DNA from: Roseiarcus sp.
GTDB taxonomy: Bacteria > Pseudomonadota > Alphaproteobacteria > Rhizobiales > Beijerinckiaceae
Assembly (NCBI GenBank): GCA_036488815.1
Contig: DASXGX010000040.1
Location: 50,447 to 114,446, forward strand
Direction of reading: 5' to 3'
DNA length: 64,000 nt
Positions 9,520 through 19,811 of the stretch are shown here, one piece after another. Below the pieces are notes generated by a model that saw only the letters and a list, made by a program, of their open reading frames with translations, did no database searches and was not told the DNA's origin. The translations under genes were made by a program, and so were the position numbers. The number at the start of each line of letters is the position of its first letter. Positions within the stretch are counted from its first letter, which is position 1.

Positions 9520-9930
9520 ATGGATTTCGTCTCGACGCGCGTGATCACAAACGACATTAACCGTCTGGCGCGATTTTACGCGGACGTAACCGGAATTTCG
9601 CCGACCTGGTACACGCAGGACTTCGCCGAACTCGCGACGCCGACCGGCGCCCTGGCGATCGGCAGCAAACGGACAATGGAGATGTTTGGGGCCAGCGCGG
9701 CGCGCGCCGCCGACAACCATAGCGCCATCATCGAGTTCCGCGTTGAAGACGTCGACAAAGAATATGAAAGGCTGGACAAAGTGATCACCGACATCGTTCA
9801 GCCGCCGACGACCCAACCCTGGGGAAATCGCTCGTTGCTGTTTCGCGACCCTGACGGAAACTTGGTCAATTTCTTCACCCCCGTGAGCCCTGAGGCCATC
9901 AAAAAGCACGACAAAGCTGCGCATCGCTGA
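9520..9930 (+). CDS. VOC-family (glyoxalase/bleomycin resistance) protein
   Basis: LARFYADVTG, IIEFRVEDVD, QPWGNRSLLFRDPDGNLV; AGGAGG RBS. Confidence 0.9.
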   Translation: MDFVSTRVITNDINRLARFYADVTGISPTWYTQDFAELATPTGALAIGSKRTMEMFGASAARAADNHSAIIEFRVEDVDKEYERLDKVITDIVQPPTTQPWGNRSLLFRDPDGNLVNFFTPVSPEAIKKHDKAAHR

Positions 9931-10068
9931 TGCTACTGTTGCATTGAGCGTCACAGTTCGTGAACGGCTCGGCTGCAGGCAAGGTCTCACTCTCGCCACA
10001 TCCGTGACCGATGAGGCGGTCGCGCGCGCATTGCGGGCGCGGCGGCCGTTAGGCTGCGTCAACGGGGG

Positions 10069-11337
10069 ATGTCGATGACCGCGGCTTCGAGCGGCGCGAG
10101 AGAGGTTTTCGGCGTCGTGGGCCGGCTGGTCGCGATCGCCTCCCTCTCGCTTGTGCTTGCGGGCTGCGAGACCGACATCGAGGGGGCGGCCGGTTATGTC
10201 GGCTCGCTCGCCGGCGGTCCAAGCGCGGCGGCTCCGACCGCCCGCCCGGTGCAACTCTTCGTCGCTTCGACGCGCAAGGGCGAAACCGGCGCAGCGGAGC
10301 AGGCGCTCTCGACCGGCGGCGCGCATTTCGCGCTCGACATCATGACGATCCCGCCCGGCCATCACGCCGGTTCGATCGAGGAGCCGATGTGGGGCGCCGC
10401 CAACGCTCGCGATCACATCGTCCTCGCGCAAGAGCGTAAGCTCGACGCCGACGAATTCCGCGCCGAGCTCGCCTCGCACGTCTCCGGCCGCATCGGCGTC
10501 AATCGCGACGTTCTGGTGTTGGTGCACGGCTTCAACACCGGCTTCGAGGAAGCGCGCGATCGCGCCGCTCAGATCGTCGCCGACAGCCGCTTCGGCGGCG
10601 TCGCGGTGCTGTTCACCTGGCCGACGAAACAGCAGTTGTTCGGCTACGTGTCAGACAAGGACAATGCGACGGCGTCGCGCGACGCGCTGCAGAACCTTCT
10701 CCAGCAGATCGCCGCGACCCCGGGCGTCGGCAAGGTGCACGTGCTCGCGCATTCGATGGGCGGCTGGATTGCGATGGAGGCGCTGCGGCAGGAATCGATA
10801 TCCGGGGATCGCGATCTCAACGGACATCTCGGCGAAGTGATGCTCGCGTCTCCCGACATCGATCTCGACGTTTTCGCTGCGCAGATGAGCCATCTCAGGC
10901 CGGCCAAGGTCACCGTCTTCGCCACGGCGAACGACAAGGCCCTTTCCCTGTCCAGCGCGATCGCCGAATCCCGCCAGCGAGTCGGCGCCATCAACCCGTC
11001 CAGTCCGGTCGATCGCGAGAAGCTGGAGAAGCTTGGGGCCAAGGTCTACGACCTCTCTAGCTTTTCCGACGGCTTCATTGATCACGCGGCCTACGCCGAC
11101 ACGCCGGACGTGTTGCACGCGATCGGCGCGCAAGTCGCTGCGCCGCGGGCGCAGGACGCCGCCACGATGTCCGTCATCGACGCCAGAAACTATGCGGACC
11201 CCTCCTCTCAGCCGGGTGCGCCCAATTCCCCGCCGAGCGCGCCCGCGCCGCCCGCCGCCGCCGGGGCGCCGGCAGCCGATTTGTCCCTTGCGACGACCCC
11301 GCCTGCCCCACCGGCCTCCCCCACCGCGCCGAATTGA
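10069..11337 (+). CDS. DUF900-type alpha/beta hydrolase, probable lipoprotein with Pro/Ala tail
   Basis: Lipobox LAGC; VLVHGFN, FTWP, AHSMGG nucleophile motif, SPDID. Confidence 0.8.
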   Translation: MSMTAASSGAREVFGVVGRLVAIASLSLVLAGCETDIEGAAGYVGSLAGGPSAAAPTARPVQLFVASTRKGETGAAEQALSTGGAHFALDIMTIPPGHHAGSIEEPMWGAANARDHIVLAQERKLDADEFRAELASHVSGRIGVNRDVLVLVHGFNTGFEEARDRAAQIVADSRFGGVAVLFTWPTKQQLFGYVSDKDNATASRDALQNLLQQIAATPGVGKVHVLAHSMGGWIAMEALRQESISGDRDLNGHLGEVMLASPDIDLDVFAAQMSHLRPAKVTVFATANDKALSLSSAIAESRQRVGAINPSSPVDREKLEKLGAKVYDLSSFSDGFIDHAAYADTPDVLHAIGAQVAAPRAQDAATMSVIDARNYADPSSQPGAPNSPPSAPAPPAAAGAPAADLSLATTPPAPPASPTAPN

Positions 11338-11349
11338 GCTTTCGCCGCG

Positions 11350-11378
11350 CTTGCGTCATATCGCCGCGGGGCCCATAT
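11350..11378 (+). promoter_or_regulatory. RpoH (sigma32)-like promoter upstream of tal
   Basis: CTTGCG-N16-CCCATAT. Confidence 0.4.
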
Positions 11379-11421
11379 TTCCATCAAACGCCCACATTCT
11401 GGACTCCAGGGAGATTTCGCC

Positions 11422-12375
11422 ATGCCTAGTAAGCTGGATCAATTGCGCGCGATGACCACGGTCGTCGCTGACACCGGCGATATGGAGGCGATCCGCCGCT
11501 TCAAGCCGACCGATTCGACGACCAATCCGACCTTGATCCTCAAGGCCGCGCAAATGCCGGCCTACGCCCACCTGCTCGACGAAGCGATCGCCTGGGGCCG
11601 CAAAGCCGGAGCGCAGACGAGCGCCGTGACGGATCGCCTCGCGATCAACTTCGGCGTTGAGCTCAGCCGGATCGTCCCGGGCCGCGTCTCGACCGAGGTC
11701 GACGCCGATCTCTCCTTCGACACCGTCAGCACCGTCGCCAAGGCAAAGGCCCTGATCGCCGACTACGCCGCGCGCGGGGTTTCGCGCGAGCGCATCCTCA
11801 TCAAGATCGCTTCGACCTGGGAGGGCGCGCAGGCCGCCGCGGCGCTGCAGCGCGAGGGCATCGACTGCAACATGACGCTCGCCTTCTCGCTCACCCAAGC
11901 GATCGCCTGCGCCGACGCGGGCGCTTTCCTGATCTCGCCTTTCGTCGGGCGCATCCTCGACTGGCACGTGAAAGCCGGCGGCGGCCCTTACGAGGGCGCG
12001 AACGATCCCGGCGTCCAGTCGGTGCGGTCCATCTACGCCTATTACAAGACCTATGGCGTTTCGACCGTCGTGATGGGCGCCTCATTCCGCAACGTCGCCG
12101 AAATCGAAGCGCTCGCCGGCTGCGATCGCCTGACCATCTCGCCGCAACTGCTCGACGAATTGTCGAAGGACGAGCGCAAGCTCGAGCGGACACTGTCGCC
12201 TGACGCGCCGGGCCATGCCCCGCAACGCGTCGCGATGGACGAGAAGCGCTTCCGGTGGATGCTCAACGACGACGCGATGGCGACGGAGAAACTCGCCGAG
12301 GGCATCCGCACCTTCGCCCACGACCTTGGGAGCTTGCGCAGCCTGGTCGAACGCCGCCTCGCGCTCGCGGCGTAA
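11422..12375 (+). CDS. tal: Transaldolase
   Basis: [55 protein letters not shown]. Confidence 0.97.
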   Translation: MPSKLDQLRAMTTVVADTGDMEAIRRFKPTDSTTNPTLILKAAQMPAYAHLLDEAIAWGRKAGAQTSAVTDRLAINFGVELSRIVPGRVSTEVDADLSFDTVSTVAKAKALIADYAARGVSRERILIKIASTWEGAQAAAALQREGIDCNMTLAFSLTQAIACADAGAFLISPFVGRILDWHVKAGGGPYEGANDPGVQSVRSIYAYYKTYGVSTVVMGASFRNVAEIEALAGCDRLTISPQLLDELSKDERKLERTLSPDAPGHAPQRVAMDEKRFRWMLNDDAMATEKLAEGIRTFAHDLGSLRSLVERRLALAA

Positions 12376-12984
12376 CTACCCGACCCAGCGGAACGCGCCC
12401 TTGTCGAAGACGAGTGCGCGTCCCTGCCAGATGTTCGCGGTCGCCGCGACGCTGGGGGGCACATCGGCGAGGATCGCCATAAAAGCGCGCGCGACGCCGC
12501 CGTGTGAGGCGACCAAACAGTCGCCTTGGCGCGCTTCGAGCCAGGGCTTCACGCGAGCGACCAGCATTGCGTAGCTTTCGCCGCGCGGCGGGGCGAAGTT
12601 CCATTTGTCAGCCTCGCGCGCTTGCGCCCCGGCCGCGTCCAGCCGCTCGACCTCTGGCCATGTGAGGCCTTCCCAATCGCCGAAGGTCAGTTCCATCAGG
12701 GTCGAACAGAGATGATAGCGCTCGGGGTCGAGCCCCATGGCGGCGCGCGCCAGTTCAATCGTCTGGCGCGTACGCGCGAGAGGCGAGGCGTAGAAGGCGC
12801 CCACTGCTTCGAGCCGCGCGATCTCCTCAGACAGCCGCTCGCGCAGCATCCGCCCGACCGCGCCGGCCTGTTCGCGTCCCTTGCCGTTGAGCGGGATGTC
12901 GCGCTGGCCCTGGAGCCGGCCCTCGGCGTTGTATGCAGTTTCCCCGTGGCGCACGAAAACGATGCGGTGCGGAAAAATCGCCAC
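12376..12984 (-). CDS. Histidine phosphatase (phosphoglycerate mutase family)
   Basis: RHGET motif, ASPLARTRQT, LMELTFGDWEG, SHGG. Confidence 0.9.
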   Translation of the reverse strand: MAIFPHRIVFVRHGETAYNAEGRLQGQRDIPLNGKGREQAGAVGRMLRERLSEEIARLEAVGAFYASPLARTRQTIELARAAMGLDPERYHLCSTLMELTFGDWEGLTWPEVERLDAAGAQAREADKWNFAPPRGESYAMLVARVKPWLEARQGDCLVASHGGVARAFMAILADVPPSVAATANIWQGRALVFDKGAFRWVG

Positions 12985-13042
12985 GGCTGATGCGCTCCAT
13001 TTGCCTGAGACGCGTCGCGCGTCCCATATGGCGCTGCGCGCG

Positions 13043-14065
13043 TCAAGCCGGCGCTGGCCGGTAACCCCACCGCTCGGCGAGCGCCAAGCATTCCGCGACC
13101 GGCGCAACGCCGGCCGTTGTCGAGACTGCGCGCGCCGAGGCGGCCGCCGCGGCGTGAGCGAGCCGCAGGCTGGCCTCGATGTCCCAGCCCTCGTGCAAGG
13201 CGTAAAGCAGCCCGGCGGCAAAAGCGTCGCCCGCCCCGTTGACGCCGGCGATCGCCTCGGGCGGCGCCGCAAGCGAGCCTACCGCGAACCGTCCGCCGTC
13301 GCGCGTCACCGCGATCGCGCCTTCCGGGAAATGCGCCACCACGAGGTTCATCGCGCCGAGCGGCAGCGCCGCCTCGACCGCCGCGGCGATGGCGGCGACG
13401 TCCGGCCCGTTAGCCCTGCCCGTCTCGACGTTCGCCACGGCGCCGATCTCGAATTCGTTGGCGATCAGCATGTCGAGATGGGGCAGGCACGGCCGGGAGA
13501 GCGCGGCGACCTTTTCGCGCGCGATCGTCATCAGTTCGAGATTGGCCAGGAGGCCGCTGCGGCGCGCGGCGCGCAGCGTCGTCACCCAGCCGTTCGCATC
13601 CTCCCGCCACGGCGCGTCCATGCGCGCATGTGCGCCGGGCAGGCCAAGGTGCAGAAAGCGGGCCTTGCACCGCGAAAAGTCGAAATGCTCGGGCGTCATC
13701 AGCGCCGCGACGCCCTGATGGAAGAAGTGCGTACGGCGGCCGCTCGACAACACGTTGAAGGCGTCGACGCTCATCGTCGCACCGCCGGACAGAACGACCA
13801 GGCCGCCGCGCTCGATCCCGTAAGCGTCGCATTGCGCGACCAGAAAAGCCGCGTGGTCGTCGTCGCCCACGACTCCCATCGTCTCCACGGGAAAGCTGGG
13901 ATCGAGCCGCTTGAGGTCGATCGCCATGTTGCAGGCGGAGCCCCCGCCCTGTCGCTCCACAGCGAGAACCTCGTTCGTCGTGTCTTCTCCGGGCCAGCGT
14001 GCGATCGACTTGTTGAAGTCGACGCACCAGGTTCCAGCGGTCAAGACGCCCCGCCTTGCGCTCAT
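13043..14065 (-). CDS. PfkB-family carbohydrate kinase
   Basis: GGGSACN, GVVGDD, ANEFE, GVNGAGDAFAAG signature. Confidence 0.9.
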   Translation of the reverse strand: MSARRGVLTAGTWCVDFNKSIARWPGEDTTNEVLAVERQGGGSACNMAIDLKRLDPSFPVETMGVVGDDDHAAFLVAQCDAYGIERGGLVVLSGGATMSVDAFNVLSSGRRTHFFHQGVAALMTPEHFDFSRCKARFLHLGLPGAHARMDAPWREDANGWVTTLRAARRSGLLANLELMTIAREKVAALSRPCLPHLDMLIANEFEIGAVANVETGRANGPDVAAIAAAVEAALPLGAMNLVVAHFPEGAIAVTRDGGRFAVGSLAAPPEAIAGVNGAGDAFAAGLLYALHEGWDIEASLRLAHAAAAASARAVSTTAGVAPVAECLALAERWGYRPAPA

Positions 14066-14072
14066 CGGCGCC

Positions 14073-15092
14073 TCAGCTTTGCTTGAGTACGGTCTCGGTG
14101 ATTTCGTTGTCCGCCGCGAGATCGCGGACCGGCTTCACCCCGTCGCGGCGCAACCCGTCGTGGTAGGCCTTCACGGCTTCGGCGGGTTGCAGATCCCCGT
14201 CCGCCACCGCGCGCAGGAACCGAACGATGTCGAGCGGCGATTCGGCGAGATTGATCTTGCGGCCGAACAGCGCGACGCGCGCGCCGTACTTCTCGGCTTG
14301 GTGGAGCAATTCGAAGCAATCCCGCGTCGTGCCCGCGCCGCCGCCGAGCACGCCGACGACGAGCCCGGGATCGAACGAGGCGAGTTCATCGAGCGCGCGC
14401 GGGCCGTTGTAGACGATCTTGAGAAAGCGCGGCCGTTCGGCCTCGGTAAGGCCGGCGAGACAGCGCACGATCGCGTCGTTGACGAAAAGCGGGACGTCCT
14501 GCGGGGCGATCCCGCCGGCGTTTGGATTGAACACCTCGAGGAAATAGCGAAAGTCGTTCGCGGCCGCGTCGGCGCGAAAGTCGCCGAATGCCTCGAGCGC
14601 TGCGACGTCCTGCTCGACCTCGCCAGTGAATGTCACCGAGTAGAGGCCGAGGTCGGTCAGCGCGACGGGCAGATCGGGCCGAGGGGCCGGCGTTCCCGAG
14701 CGCACTCGCGACAGCGAAGCGGTTCGGAACGGCCGGGAGGGAGTCGCCGCGTAGTTCGCCCCGCGCAGGCGCCAGATGTCGGTCGTATCGTTGGCGCGAA
14801 TCGCGGGTTTGACGCGCGAGCCCGCAAATGCGCCGCGCCGCGTGAGAAGCTCCAGATTGGACGCCGACGTCAGCATGACGTCGACGACGTCCTGCCGGAT
14901 CACCGCCTCGATCGAATCGATGAATTCGGCGCGCGTGCGCAACCGGGGCGCCGAGCCCTCGCGCTGGCGCGCGGGTCCGATGGCGTTGAGACCTGGCCCC
15001 ATGTCGGGGTCCTTGGCGTCCGCAATGACGAAATCCGACCGCCGATACGACCCGGCGCGAATACGCGCGAGCTTTTCCTCCAAACGAAACAA
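14073..15092 (-). CDS. Uncharacterised class I aldolase-like TIM-barrel protein
   Basis: YFLEVFNP, candidate Schiff-base lysine in RFLKIVY, VLGGG and FGRKI phosphate-binding-like motifs; TTG start after GGAGAG. Confidence 0.6.
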   Translation of the reverse strand: MFRLEEKLARIRAGSYRRSDFVIADAKDPDMGPGLNAIGPARQREGSAPRLRTRAEFIDSIEAVIRQDVVDVMLTSASNLELLTRRGAFAGSRVKPAIRANDTTDIWRLRGANYAATPSRPFRTASLSRVRSGTPAPRPDLPVALTDLGLYSVTFTGEVEQDVAALEAFGDFRADAAANDFRYFLEVFNPNAGGIAPQDVPLFVNDAIVRCLAGLTEAERPRFLKIVYNGPRALDELASFDPGLVVGVLGGGAGTTRDCFELLHQAEKYGARVALFGRKINLAESPLDIVRFLRAVADGDLQPAEAVKAYHDGLRRDGVKPVRDLAADNEITETVLKQS

Positions 15093-15259
15093 CGGCTCTC
15101 CCCCCGGCGGTTGATGTATTTGTCGCAATCTTATAGGGGGTCGCGGCGATGAGGCAAATGCGGTCGCAGCGCGAGACTTTCGTCCACAGTTTCGCCGCCT
15201 TGTCCTGAAATGAGCCTTTCGGTACCCTCGCCGCTCTGTTCGTCCGCTCGGAGCCTCCC

Positions 15260-15889
15260 GTGCCTGCCTCCCGTCTGCGAATTCTGGTCATCGGCGCCAG
15301 CGGCGTCCTTGGGCGCGCAATCGTCGCCGAACTCGGGGGCCGCCACGACATAGTCACGGCCGGATCGAAGTCGGGCGACGTGCGGATCGACATCGCCGAT
15401 CCCGCCAGCATCGCGGCTGGGCTCCAGGCCGCGGGGCCGCTGGACGCGGTGGCCTGCGCGGCGGGCGCGGTCAATTTTGCGCCGCTCGGCGGCATCCAGC
15501 CCGCGCCGATCGCGCAGTCCTCCTACGGCCTCGGCCTGGTCAATAAGCTCATGGGGCAGGTGAATCTGACCCTGGCGGCGCGCGAGACGCTGCGCGATGG
15601 CGGCTCGATCACGCTGATCGCGGGCGTGCTGGCGGACGAGCCGATCGCCGCCGGATCCTCTGCCAGCATGGTCAACGGCGCGCTCGAGAGCTTCGTCAAG
15701 GCGGCGGCGATCGAGTTGCCGCGCGGGCTTCGCATCAATGTCGTGAGCCCGACCGTGTTCGAGGAATCGATGGCGGACTATGGGCCATTTTTCCCCGGCT
15801 TCGACCCCGTGCCGGTCGCGCGCGCGGCGCGCGCCTTCGAGCGCAGCATCGAGGGGCGCCAGACCGGCCAAGTTTACAAGGTGTTGTGA
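15260..15889 (+). CDS. Short-chain dehydrogenase
   Basis: IGASGVLG Rossmann motif; NKLMGQVNL, RINVVSP. Confidence 0.85.
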   Translation: MPASRLRILVIGASGVLGRAIVAELGGRHDIVTAGSKSGDVRIDIADPASIAAGLQAAGPLDAVACAAGAVNFAPLGGIQPAPIAQSSYGLGLVNKLMGQVNLTLAARETLRDGGSITLIAGVLADEPIAAGSSASMVNGALESFVKAAAIELPRGLRINVVSPTVFEESMADYGPFFPGFDPVPVARAARAFERSIEGRQTGQVYKVL

Positions 15890-16635
15890 CGTTGCGGACA
15901 AGGGGTCTTGCGACGCTGATCGTGCTCCTGGCTGGGGTCGGCGCCATCTTCGCACTGTGGCCTGGCCTCGATCTCGCGGTCACCCATCTTTTCTACGATC
16001 ACGGCGGCTTCATCGGCTCCAGCCGCGCCGCGCGCTTCGGACGCGACTTTTTCCGCATGACGCCGTTCGTGGTGCTGGCGCTCTTCGCGCTGATCTACCT
16101 CGCTCGCCGTTACACCGCGCGCCTTGAGGCGTGGCTCACCCACAAACCGCCCCGGTTGGGCCCCCTCGCCCCCGCGGCGATCCGGCTCAACCGCAAGCTC
16201 GCGTCGCTCGCCTGGGCGCCGGACGGACGGGCGGTCGTCTTTCTCGTCGCCTCGATCGTCATCGGCTCGGGCCTCATCGTCAATCTCGGCATGAAGGACC
16301 ATCTGCATCGGCCGCGTCCCGTGCAGACGGTGGAATTCGGCGGCAAGGACGAGTTTCGGCCCTGGTACCGGTTTGACGGCGGCTGCAACAAGAATTGCGG
16401 CTTTCCCTCAGGGGAGGCTTCGTCAGGCTTCTGGATGGTCGCGCCCGCCATGCTGACGCCGCCGCCCTTCGACGGCTTGGCGCTCGCGGCAGCCTATGCG
16501 TTCGCGATCGGCGCCAGCGTGCTGCGCCTCGCCTTCGGCGGCCACTACCTCTCGGATGTCCTGATGGGCGGCCTCATCTCGCTGATCGTGGTGTTCAGCG
16601 TGCGACGCCTCCTGTGGCGAAGCGGCGCGCCCTGA
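15886..16635 (+). CDS. PAP2-family membrane phosphatase, LpxF-like
   Basis: [31 protein letters not shown] motifs; transmembrane segments. Confidence 0.75.
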   Translation: MTLRTRGLATLIVLLAGVGAIFALWPGLDLAVTHLFYDHGGFIGSSRAARFGRDFFRMTPFVVLALFALIYLARRYTARLEAWLTHKPPRLGPLAPAAIRLNRKLASLAWAPDGRAVVFLVASIVIGSGLIVNLGMKDHLHRPRPVQTVEFGGKDEFRPWYRFDGGCNKNCGFPSGEASSGFWMVAPAMLTPPPFDGLALAAAYAFAIGASVLRLAFGGHYLSDVLMGGLISLIVVFSVRRLLWRSGAP

Positions 16636-16721
16636 CAATTTGCGCACTGCCCGCGTCCGTCTATAAGGGTCCGCCAGCGCGCTTTCGCGCCAGTCCGTCC
16701 TCTATCTCGGTTGCCGATCCC

Positions 16722-17969
16722 ATGTCCCAGCCCAAGACAAAAGTGAAGAAGGTCGTCCTCGCTTATTCCGGCGGGCTCGACACGTCGATCATCCTGAAGT
16801 GGCTCCAAACCACTTATGGCTGCGAGGTCGTCACCTTCACCGCCGACCTCGGCCAGGGCGAGGAGCTGGGACCGGCGCGCAAAAAGGCGGAGCTGTTGGG
16901 CGTCAAGCCCGAGAACATCTTCATCGAGGACGTTCGCGAAGAATTCGTCCGCGACTACGTCTTCCCGATGTTCCGCGCCAATGCGCAATACGAAGGCCAG
17001 TATCTGCTCGGCACTTCGATCGCGCGGCCGTTGATCGCCAAGCGCCTCGTCGAGATCGCGCGCCGGGTCGGCGCCGACGCGGTCGCGCACGGCGCGACTG
17101 GCAAGGGCAACGACCAGGTGCGCTTCGAACTCAGCGCCTATGCGCTCGAGCCCGACATCAAGGTGATCGCGCCCTGGCGCGAATGGGAGTTCGCATCGCG
17201 CAATGCGCTGATCGCCTTCGCCGAGCAGAACCAGATCCCGATCGCCAAGGACAAGCGCGGCGAGGCGCCATTCTCGACCGACGCCAACCTGCTGCATGTC
17301 TCCTCGGAGGGGAAGGTGCTCGAGGACCCTGCGCAGGAAACGCCGGCCTACGTCTATTCGCGCACCCTCGACCCGGAGGCGGCGCCGGATAAGCCGACCG
17401 TCGTCGAAATCACCTTTGAGAACGGCGACCCGGTCGCCGTCGACGGCGAGCGCCTGTCGCCCGCCGCGCTGCTGACGAAGCTCAACCAGCTTGGACACGA
17501 CAACGGGATTGGACGGCTGGACCTCGTCGAGAACCGTTACGTCGGCATGAAGTCGCGCGGCATGTACGAGACCCCCGGCGGCACGATCCTGTTGACGGCG
17601 CATCGGGCGATCGAGTCGATCACGCTCGACCGCGGCGCTGCGCATCTCAAGGACGAGCTGATGCCGAAATACGCCGAGCTGATCTACAACGGCTTCTGGT
17701 TCTCGCCCGAGCGCGAAATGTTGCAGACGCTGATCGACAAGAGCCAGGAGTTCGTCAGCGGCCGGGTGCGTCTGAAGCTGTACAAGGGCGGCGTGTACAC
17801 GATCGGCCGCGACAGCCCCCATTCGCTCTACGATCAGGACCTCGTCACCTTCGAGGAAGGCGCGGTCGCCTACGACCACAACGACGCCGCCGGCTTCATC
17901 AAGCTGAACGCGCTGCGCCTGCGAACGCTCGCCAAGCGCAAGCGCAAGTCGGACGCCAAAGCGCACTGA
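16722..17969 (+). CDS. argG: Argininosuccinate synthase
   Basis: [46 protein letters not shown]. Confidence 0.98.
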   Translation: MSQPKTKVKKVVLAYSGGLDTSIILKWLQTTYGCEVVTFTADLGQGEELGPARKKAELLGVKPENIFIEDVREEFVRDYVFPMFRANAQYEGQYLLGTSIARPLIAKRLVEIARRVGADAVAHGATGKGNDQVRFELSAYALEPDIKVIAPWREWEFASRNALIAFAEQNQIPIAKDKRGEAPFSTDANLLHVSSEGKVLEDPAQETPAYVYSRTLDPEAAPDKPTVVEITFENGDPVAVDGERLSPAALLTKLNQLGHDNGIGRLDLVENRYVGMKSRGMYETPGGTILLTAHRAIESITLDRGAAHLKDELMPKYAELIYNGFWFSPEREMLQTLIDKSQEFVSGRVRLKLYKGGVYTIGRDSPHSLYDQDLVTFEEGAVAYDHNDAAGFIKLNALRLRTLAKRKRKSDAKAH

Positions 17970-17970
17970 G

Positions 17971-18154
17971 CTAGCGCCATTTGCAGATGGGTTGACGCAC
18001 ACCGTCTTGGCCGGGCTTGTCCCGGCCATCCACGCGGCGCCGTCACGAAAACCCCTATGACGTTAGAATCGTCGGCCCGGCGTGGGTGCCCGGCACAAGG
18101 CCGGGCATGACGAAAAGGGGTGCGGCGCGTCCCCTAGAATGCAAATGGCGCTAG
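17971..18154. repeat. Nested palindromic (REP-like) element
   Basis: Perfect outer 15-bp inverted repeat CTAGCGCCATTTGCA (17971-17985, 18140-18154) enclosing an inverted pair GTCTTGGCCGGGCTTGTCCCGGCCATCCACGC / GCGTGGGTGCCCGGCACAAGGCCGGGCATGAC. Confidence 0.8.
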
Positions 18155-18169
18155 TCGAGGTGCGCGCCC

Positions 18170-18193
18170 CCTTCCCCCGCAAAGGGGGGAAGG
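18170..18193. repeat. C-run/G-run hairpin repeat, possible helicase terminator
   Basis: CCTTCCCCCGCAAAGGGGGGAAGG, similar to the hairpin at 48033-48053. Confidence 0.5.
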
Positions 18194-18206
18194 AGCCGCG
18201 AGCGCC

Positions 18207-19499
18207 TCAGCGCGCGGGCGCGCTCTTGGCCTGATAGGCGGGCCGCGGGCGGCGGTTTTGGCGCGAGCGGCGCGGCTGCTGGTTGGGCGAACGCGCGTCG
18301 TGGTGCGGCGCGTGGTGCCGCTCAGGCGGCGTCTCGGCCTTGCGCACGACCGGCGCCGGCGGCGGGCCCTTGTCGCCGCGGCGATCGATCGAGAAGAGGC
18401 GAAGCCGCGTCAGCCTCTCGATGGCGCGCAAGGAGTCGCGCTCCGAGCCGTCCACCAGCGAGACCGCCTGCCCCGCCCGGCCGGCGCGCGCGGTGCGGCC
18501 GATGCGATGGACGTAGGCTTCGGCGACCTCCGGCAGCTCGAAGTTGATGACATGGGTCACGCCGTCGATGTCGATGCCGCGCGCGGCGATGTCGGTTGCA
18601 ACCAGCGCCCGCGCCTCGCCGCCGCGGAACGACTCCAGCGCCCGCACGCGCTGGCCTTGGCTCTTGTTGCCGTGGATGGCGCGCGCGCTGATCCCCGCTT
18701 CGTCGAGCGTCTTCGCGACGCGATCGGCGCCGTGCTTGGTGCGCGTGAAGACGATCGTGCGGCTGAGGGCCGCGTCGGCGAACAACTCGACCAGCATGTC
18801 GCGCTTGCGCGCCGCGTCGACGAAGATGACGGTCTGATCGACGCGGTCCGCCGTCTTGGCGACCGGCGTCACCGAAACTTCAGCGGGGTCGCGCAGCAGT
18901 TCGCCCGCAAGGGCGCGAATGTCCGGCGGCATGGTGGCGGAGAAGAACAGGTTCTGCCGCGTCTTCGGCGTATCGCGCACGATGCGGCGGATCGGCTTGA
19001 TGAAGCCGAGATCGAGCATCTGATCGACCTCGTCGAGAACGAGGAACTCGACGGCGCCGAGATGGGCGACACGCGCGTCGAGATGGTCGACGAGACGGCC
19101 GGGCGTCGCCACGAGAACGTCAAGCCCTTCCCCCAGCGCGCGGATCTGCGCGCCATGCGGCACGCCGCCGAAGACGACGGCGATCTTGAGCGACGATCCA
19201 GCGGAGAGGTCGCGGAAGCTCTGCGCGATCTGGCTGGCGAGTTCGCGCGTCGGGCTCAGCACCAAGGCGCGGGCTCCGCCGCGCGGCGCCGGGCGCTTGT
19301 CGACGAGCAGGCGGTGGAGGATCGGCAGCGCGAAGGCGGCGGTCTTGCCGGTGCCGGTCTGGGCGATGCCGACGAGATCGCGGCCCTGCATCAAAACTGG
19401 AATCGACTGGGCCTGGATCGGCGTGGGCTTGGTGTAGCCCATTTTCGACAAGGCGAGGAGAAGCGGCGCGGCGAGGCCAAAGCCGTTGAAATTTTCCAA
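18207..19499 (-). CDS. DEAD-box RNA helicase, RhlE-like
   Basis: PTPIQ, AQTGTGKT, PTRELA, DEVD, SAT, HGNKSQ, YVHRIGRTAR; basic tail. Confidence 0.95.
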   Translation of the reverse strand: MENFNGFGLAAPLLLALSKMGYTKPTPIQAQSIPVLMQGRDLVGIAQTGTGKTAAFALPILHRLLVDKRPAPRGGARALVLSPTRELASQIAQSFRDLSAGSSLKIAVVFGGVPHGAQIRALGEGLDVLVATPGRLVDHLDARVAHLGAVEFLVLDEVDQMLDLGFIKPIRRIVRDTPKTRQNLFFSATMPPDIRALAGELLRDPAEVSVTPVAKTADRVDQTVIFVDAARKRDMLVELFADAALSRTIVFTRTKHGADRVAKTLDEAGISARAIHGNKSQGQRVRALESFRGGEARALVATDIAARGIDIDGVTHVINFELPEVAEAYVHRIGRTARAGRAGQAVSLVDGSERDSLRAIERLTRLRLFSIDRRGDKGPPPAPVVRKAETPPERHHAPHHDARSPNQQPRRSRQNRRPRPAYQAKSAPAR

Positions 19500-19811
19500 A
19501 TGTAGAGTCTTTCAGGCAGCCGCATATGCGCGGAAGACCCGCGGGGCGGCGAAGGATCGTTGGGGAGACGCCCTGCGTGTCCGGGCGGCCGAGCGGATTA
19601 CGAGAGCGCTCAGCAGGAGAGCCTTACGGCCCTTCACGCAACCGGCGCGCATTCGACCGCAAGGGAGCGGTGCGCGGCTTATTGATGATGCGGCGCACAA
19701 TGTCAAGGGAAGGCACGAAGTGCAGGCTATGTGACAAGACGCCGCAGCTTTATGTTAAACACTTGATTGCGCGAAAGCGCTCAGCAAGCGCAAAGGCGGG
19801 AGACAGCGAAC

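Noticed and set aside
17971-18193. Possible CRISPR array or IS
   Set aside because: Repeats are inverted, not regularly spaced direct repeats; no cas or transposase gene in the window.
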